Shown here one piece after another: positions 49,963 through 52,332 of a DNA stretch of 52,332 nt (position 1 is its first letter; each line of letters opens with the position of its first letter). Origin of the DNA: Gammaproteobacteria bacterium. GTDB taxonomy: Bacteria; Pseudomonadota; Gammaproteobacteria; Pseudomonadales; JADFDG01. The stretch covers positions 1-52,332 of the forward strand of contig JBKHWN010000117.1 in NCBI GenBank assembly GCA_046566505.1, read 5' to 3'. The position numbers and the translations under genes were made by a program. The notes beneath the pieces were generated by a model. It made no database searches. It was given only the letters and a program-made list of their open reading frames with translations, and was not told where the DNA came from.

Positions 49963-50467
49963 GCAGTTGGAAACGGTGCGCGCTGGGCTGGCGCACTATG
50001 AGTCGGTCGCGGCGCCGGCATATGAGAGCGTCCGGCTGTTCTATGAGCAGCACTGCCACCAGGACCCCCGCCGGCTGCCTGTGGGTGTGCGCCGGCAAGC
50101 GGAGCAGGACGCGCTCCGGGCGTTCTACATGATCGAGGTGCAGCGTCGACTAGCACGTGCCAGCGGTTGCGAGGGCGATGGCCTGCTGGCCATCCTGCAG
50201 GAGACGGTCGCTGCAGTGCTCGAATGGTTGGAAACGGGCAATCCCGTGCCGGCCTATGATTTGCGCGATCGTTTCGACCTGGAGAATGCCGCCTTAGTCG
50301 ATCGGACGCGCGGCACCCTGCAGGGCGTGCTGGACGATTCGCTGCGCCTAGCACACGAGGTCAAGGGCGACCTGGACCGGGAGGCAATTTTTCGGGCGGG
50401 CGTTTCCCCCATCCGTGCCCGCGTGCGTGTCCTGCTGGCTGACTTGGCTTTCTTCCGGGTCGGTTGA
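49943..50467 (+). CDS. Hypothetical protein (174 aa)
   Basis: Overlaps the TerS-like gene by 20 nt. Strong G/C third-position bias. No motif recognised. Confidence 0.6.
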   Translation: MQPSTREQLETVRAGLAHYESVAAPAYESVRLFYEQHCHQDPRRLPVGVRRQAEQDALRAFYMIEVQRRLARASGCEGDGLLAILQETVAAVLEWLETGNPVPAYDLRDRFDLENAALVDRTRGTLQGVLDDSLRLAHEVKGDLDREAIFRAGVSPIRARVRVLLADLAFFRVG

Positions 50468-50972
50468 CGCTGGGGGCGCGGCCAACGTCCCGTCAGGAGC
50501 ATGGCGAGCGCGCCCGACACGGCTCCGCCTATGTAGGTCGCCAGTTGCAGGGCGACGTCTGCCGGCACTTCCAGGGTTAGGGTTACGGGGTCGGCCATAG
50601 TTCGATCCTCGGTTGCTGTTCGCGCGCATGGTGCCGGGAGCGCGGTGAGTGACCGTGTATCCGGCCGACCTAGTGTCCCGTCACGACTGCGACATATCCG
50701 CACGGGGTTTCCCATCCGAGCGGCGGCCCAACTTCGCCTGCCCGACGCGATGCCGCAACCTGTGACCATTCCTCGCCGGGCGCGCCGAATTGCGCCCATT
50801 GTCGGCGGTATGCCTACGGCTCGGTTGTTGCGTTTTTCTCACACGGACCGGTAGCGCCGACCTGCCTTGCTGCCGATGGCGCGCGGGCGCGGCAGCGCTT
50901 TGGGGCACATTGGGATAGGGATGGGGTGGATTCGCCCGAACGGGCCTTGCCGTCTGTCGGTTTGCAATCGGG

Positions 50973-50994
50973 CGCCTACATGGCGCCTACACGG
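50973..50994. repeat. Tandem 11-bp repeat CGCCTACATGG-CGCCTACACGG (candidate arm-type integrase site, right arm)
   Basis: Same unit and orientation as 44424-44445. Lies 54 nt from the right att repeat. Confidence 0.55.
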
Positions 50995-51005
50995 CCGTGC
51001 CGGGG

Positions 51006-51041
51006 CACAAAAAGTAAGGGGGCGCTAACCAGCGCCCCCTT
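51006..51041 (-). terminator. Island-borne intrinsic terminator now serving tRNA-Asn
   Basis: AAGGGGGCGCT-aacc-AGCGCCCCCTT. On the minus strand it is followed by ACTTTTTGTG. Lies inside the island, 9 nt beyond the tRNA 3' end. Confidence 0.6.
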
Positions 51042-51047
51042 GTCTTA

Positions 51048-51096
51048 TTTGGCTCCGCCTGCTGGGCTCGAACCAGCGACCCACGGATTAACAGTC
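51048..51096. repeat. Right att repeat (inside the intact tRNA-Asn)
   Basis: Identical 49-mer to 44257-44305. Confidence 0.9.
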
Positions 51097-51125
51097 CGTT
51101 GCTCTACCGACTGAGCTAAGGCGGA
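51050..51125 (-). tRNA. tRNA-Asn (anticodon GUU)
   Basis: Reverse complement TCCGCCTTAGCTCAGTCGGTAGAGCA-ACGGA-CTGTTAA-TCCGT-GGGTC-GCTGG-TTCGAGC-CCAGC-AGGCGGA-G-CCA. Confidence 0.95.
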
Positions 51126-51286
51126 ATTGATCGTTTCACGCAGTCCCCGCTTCGGTGGCGGGCCGTGCCCATCGGGATGGGCGTCGTGAGGGCGCGTATC
51201 TTAGTGAGCCGGCGGGGGAGGGGTCAACGGTTTGTGATCGACGAATTGCCAGTTTTCCGTCATCCCCGACCCCTTGGTCGCCTTCG

Positions 51287-51325
51287 CCCCTCTCCCGCGC
51301 GCGGGAGAGGGGTTGGGGAGAGGGG
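51287..51325. repeat. REP-like palindrome CCCCTCTCCC-N6-GGGAGAGGGG plus TTGGGGAGAGGGG
   Basis: Same family as 29191-29315 but in the opposite orientation. Lies 7 nt downstream of the aminotransferase stop. Confidence 0.8.
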
Positions 51326-51331
51326 CGGGCG

Positions 51332-52332
51332 TTACTTCGCCAGCGCCTTGCGGATCCGGCCCATCGCGTCCTTGAGCGTGTCCAGGCTGGTGGCGATCGA
51401 GATGCGCGCATAGCCTTCCGAACCGAAGGCCGATCCTGGCACCAGCGCGACGCCAACCTCGTTCAGCAGGTATTCGCACAACTCGATGTCGTTGCCGATG
51501 CCCGCCTTCTTGCCGATCACGCCCTGGAAGTTGGCGAAGGCATAGAAGGCGCCATCGGCCGGCACGCAACTCACGCCCGGCATGCTGTTCAGCTCGGCGA
51601 TCACGTAGTCATGCCGCTCCTTGAACGCCTTGACCATCGGCACCAGGCAGCCCTGGTCGCCATTCAGCGCGGCTTCCGCGGCGTACTGTGAAATCGAGGC
51701 CGGGTTCGACGTGCTCTGCGACTGCACCTTGTTCATCGCCTTGATCAGTTTCGCAGGGCCGGCCGCGTAGCCGATGCGCCAGCCCGTCATGGCGTAGGCC
51801 TTGGACACGCCGTTGAGCACGATGGTGCGTTCGTAGAGGTCCGGGCAGGCGTTGAGGATGTTGCTGAAGGGCTCGTTCGCCCACCAGATCTTCTCGTACA
51901 TGTCGTCGGTGGCGATCAGAACATGCGGGTGCTTGCGCAGCACGGCGCCGAGCGCTTCGAGGTCCTTGCGGGTATAGGCGACGCCGGTCGGGTTGGACGG
52001 GCTGTTCAGCACCAGCAGGCGGGTTTTCGGCGTGATCGCCTGTTCCAGTTGCGTGGCGGTGATCTTGAACCGGCTGGCGTCGGTGGTCTGCACGATGACC
52101 GGGGTCGCGTCGGCGATGATCACCATGTCCGGGTAGCTGACCCAGTACGGTGCCGGGATGATGACCTCGTCACCCTTGTCCAGCAGCGCCAGCGCCATGT
52201 TGAAAAAGCTCTGCTTGCCGCCGCTGGACACCAGGATCTGCTCCGGCTTGTAGGCCAGGCCATTGTCGCGCGAGAGCTTGTTGATGATCGCCTTCTTCAG
52301 CGACGGCGTGCCATCTACCGCGGTGTACTTGG
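51332..52332 (-). CDS. Class I/II pyridoxal-phosphate aminotransferase (aspartate aminotransferase-like), 5' end outside the window
   Basis: SSGGKQSFFN, NSPSNPTG, VSKAYAMTGWRIGY (PLP lysine context), SAFG. The frame stays open to the window edge (..KYTAVDGTPSLKKAIINKLSRDNGLAYKPEQILV). Confidence 0.9.
   Translation of the reverse strand, partial: KYTAVDGTPSLKKAIINKLSRDNGLAYKPEQILVSSGGKQSFFNMALALLDKGDEVIIPAPYWVSYPDMVIIADATPVIVQTTDASRFKITATQLEQAITPKTRLLVLNSPSNPTGVAYTRKDLEALGAVLRKHPHVLIATDDMYEKIWWANEPFSNILNACPDLYERTIVLNGVSKAYAMTGWRIGYAAGPAKLIKAMNKVQSQSTSNPASISQYAAEAALNGDQGCLVPMVKAFKERHDYVIAELNSMPGVSCVPADGAFYAFANFQGVIGKKAGIGNDIELCEYLLNEVGVALVPGSAFGSEGYARISIATSLDTLKDAMGRIRKALAK

Larger units (their letters stand above)
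44257..51096. mobile_element. ~6.8 kb integrated element in tRNA-Asn with phage-satellite (PICI/P4-like) gene content
   Basis: Perfect 49-bp direct repeats (44257-44305 and 51048-51096) equal to the 3' 47 nt of tRNA-Asn plus 2 nt. Contents: integrase, AlpA-like gene, P4-family primase, iteron block, TerS-like gene. All confidently called genes share one orientation. Confidence 0.85.

Noticed and set aside
50254-50799. 181-aa minus-strand ORF at the island right end
   Set aside because: As annotated it begins upstream of any plausible start, and its distal half is antisense to the well-behaved 174-aa gene. Only the internal start at 50598 is kept, as a low-confidence observation in the findings.

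Overview
High-GC proteobacterial chromosomal window. ZipA and the smc-zipA-ligA synteny point to Gammaproteobacteria. Most of it is core housekeeping: the oxaloacetate decarboxylase Na+ pump oadGAB, ccmABCDE, cysZ, smc-zipA-ligA, mnmC, a thiolase plus multifunctional beta-oxidation pair, plsC, a COG0523 GTPase plus CDF transporter, a Na/Pi symporter, a 7TMR-DISM histidine kinase, a Ser/Thr kinase, class I fumarase, an aminotransferase, and four tRNAs (Ser-GCU, Arg-ACG, Arg-CCU, Asn-GUU). Two accessory regions stand out. (1) 44257-51096 is a compact ~6.8 kb element integrated into tRNA-Asn and bounded by perfect 49-bp direct repeats. It encodes a P4-type integrase, an AlpA-like regulator, a P4-family primase/helicase followed by an iteron-rich non-coding block, a Nu1-like small-terminase homologue, and three proteins with no family I can recognise. 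This is the layout of a phage satellite (PICI/P4-like). (2) 1-5140, on the 3' flank of tRNA-Ser, holds a WYL-domain regulator, an oppositely oriented DUF4143 AAA ATPase, a decayed second copy of the WYL gene 3' end, and a 709-aa tandem AAA+ ATPase. The WYL gene and the tandem-AAA gene carry the same GCGACA-N5-TGTCGC palindrome about 50 nt upstream of their starts. That suggests one regulon and a candidate uncharacterised stress/defence module. Most other long ORFs in the track are antisense shadow ORFs typical of high-GC DNA. I saw no CRISPR array and no rRNA. All family calls are motif recognition by eye, with no database search.
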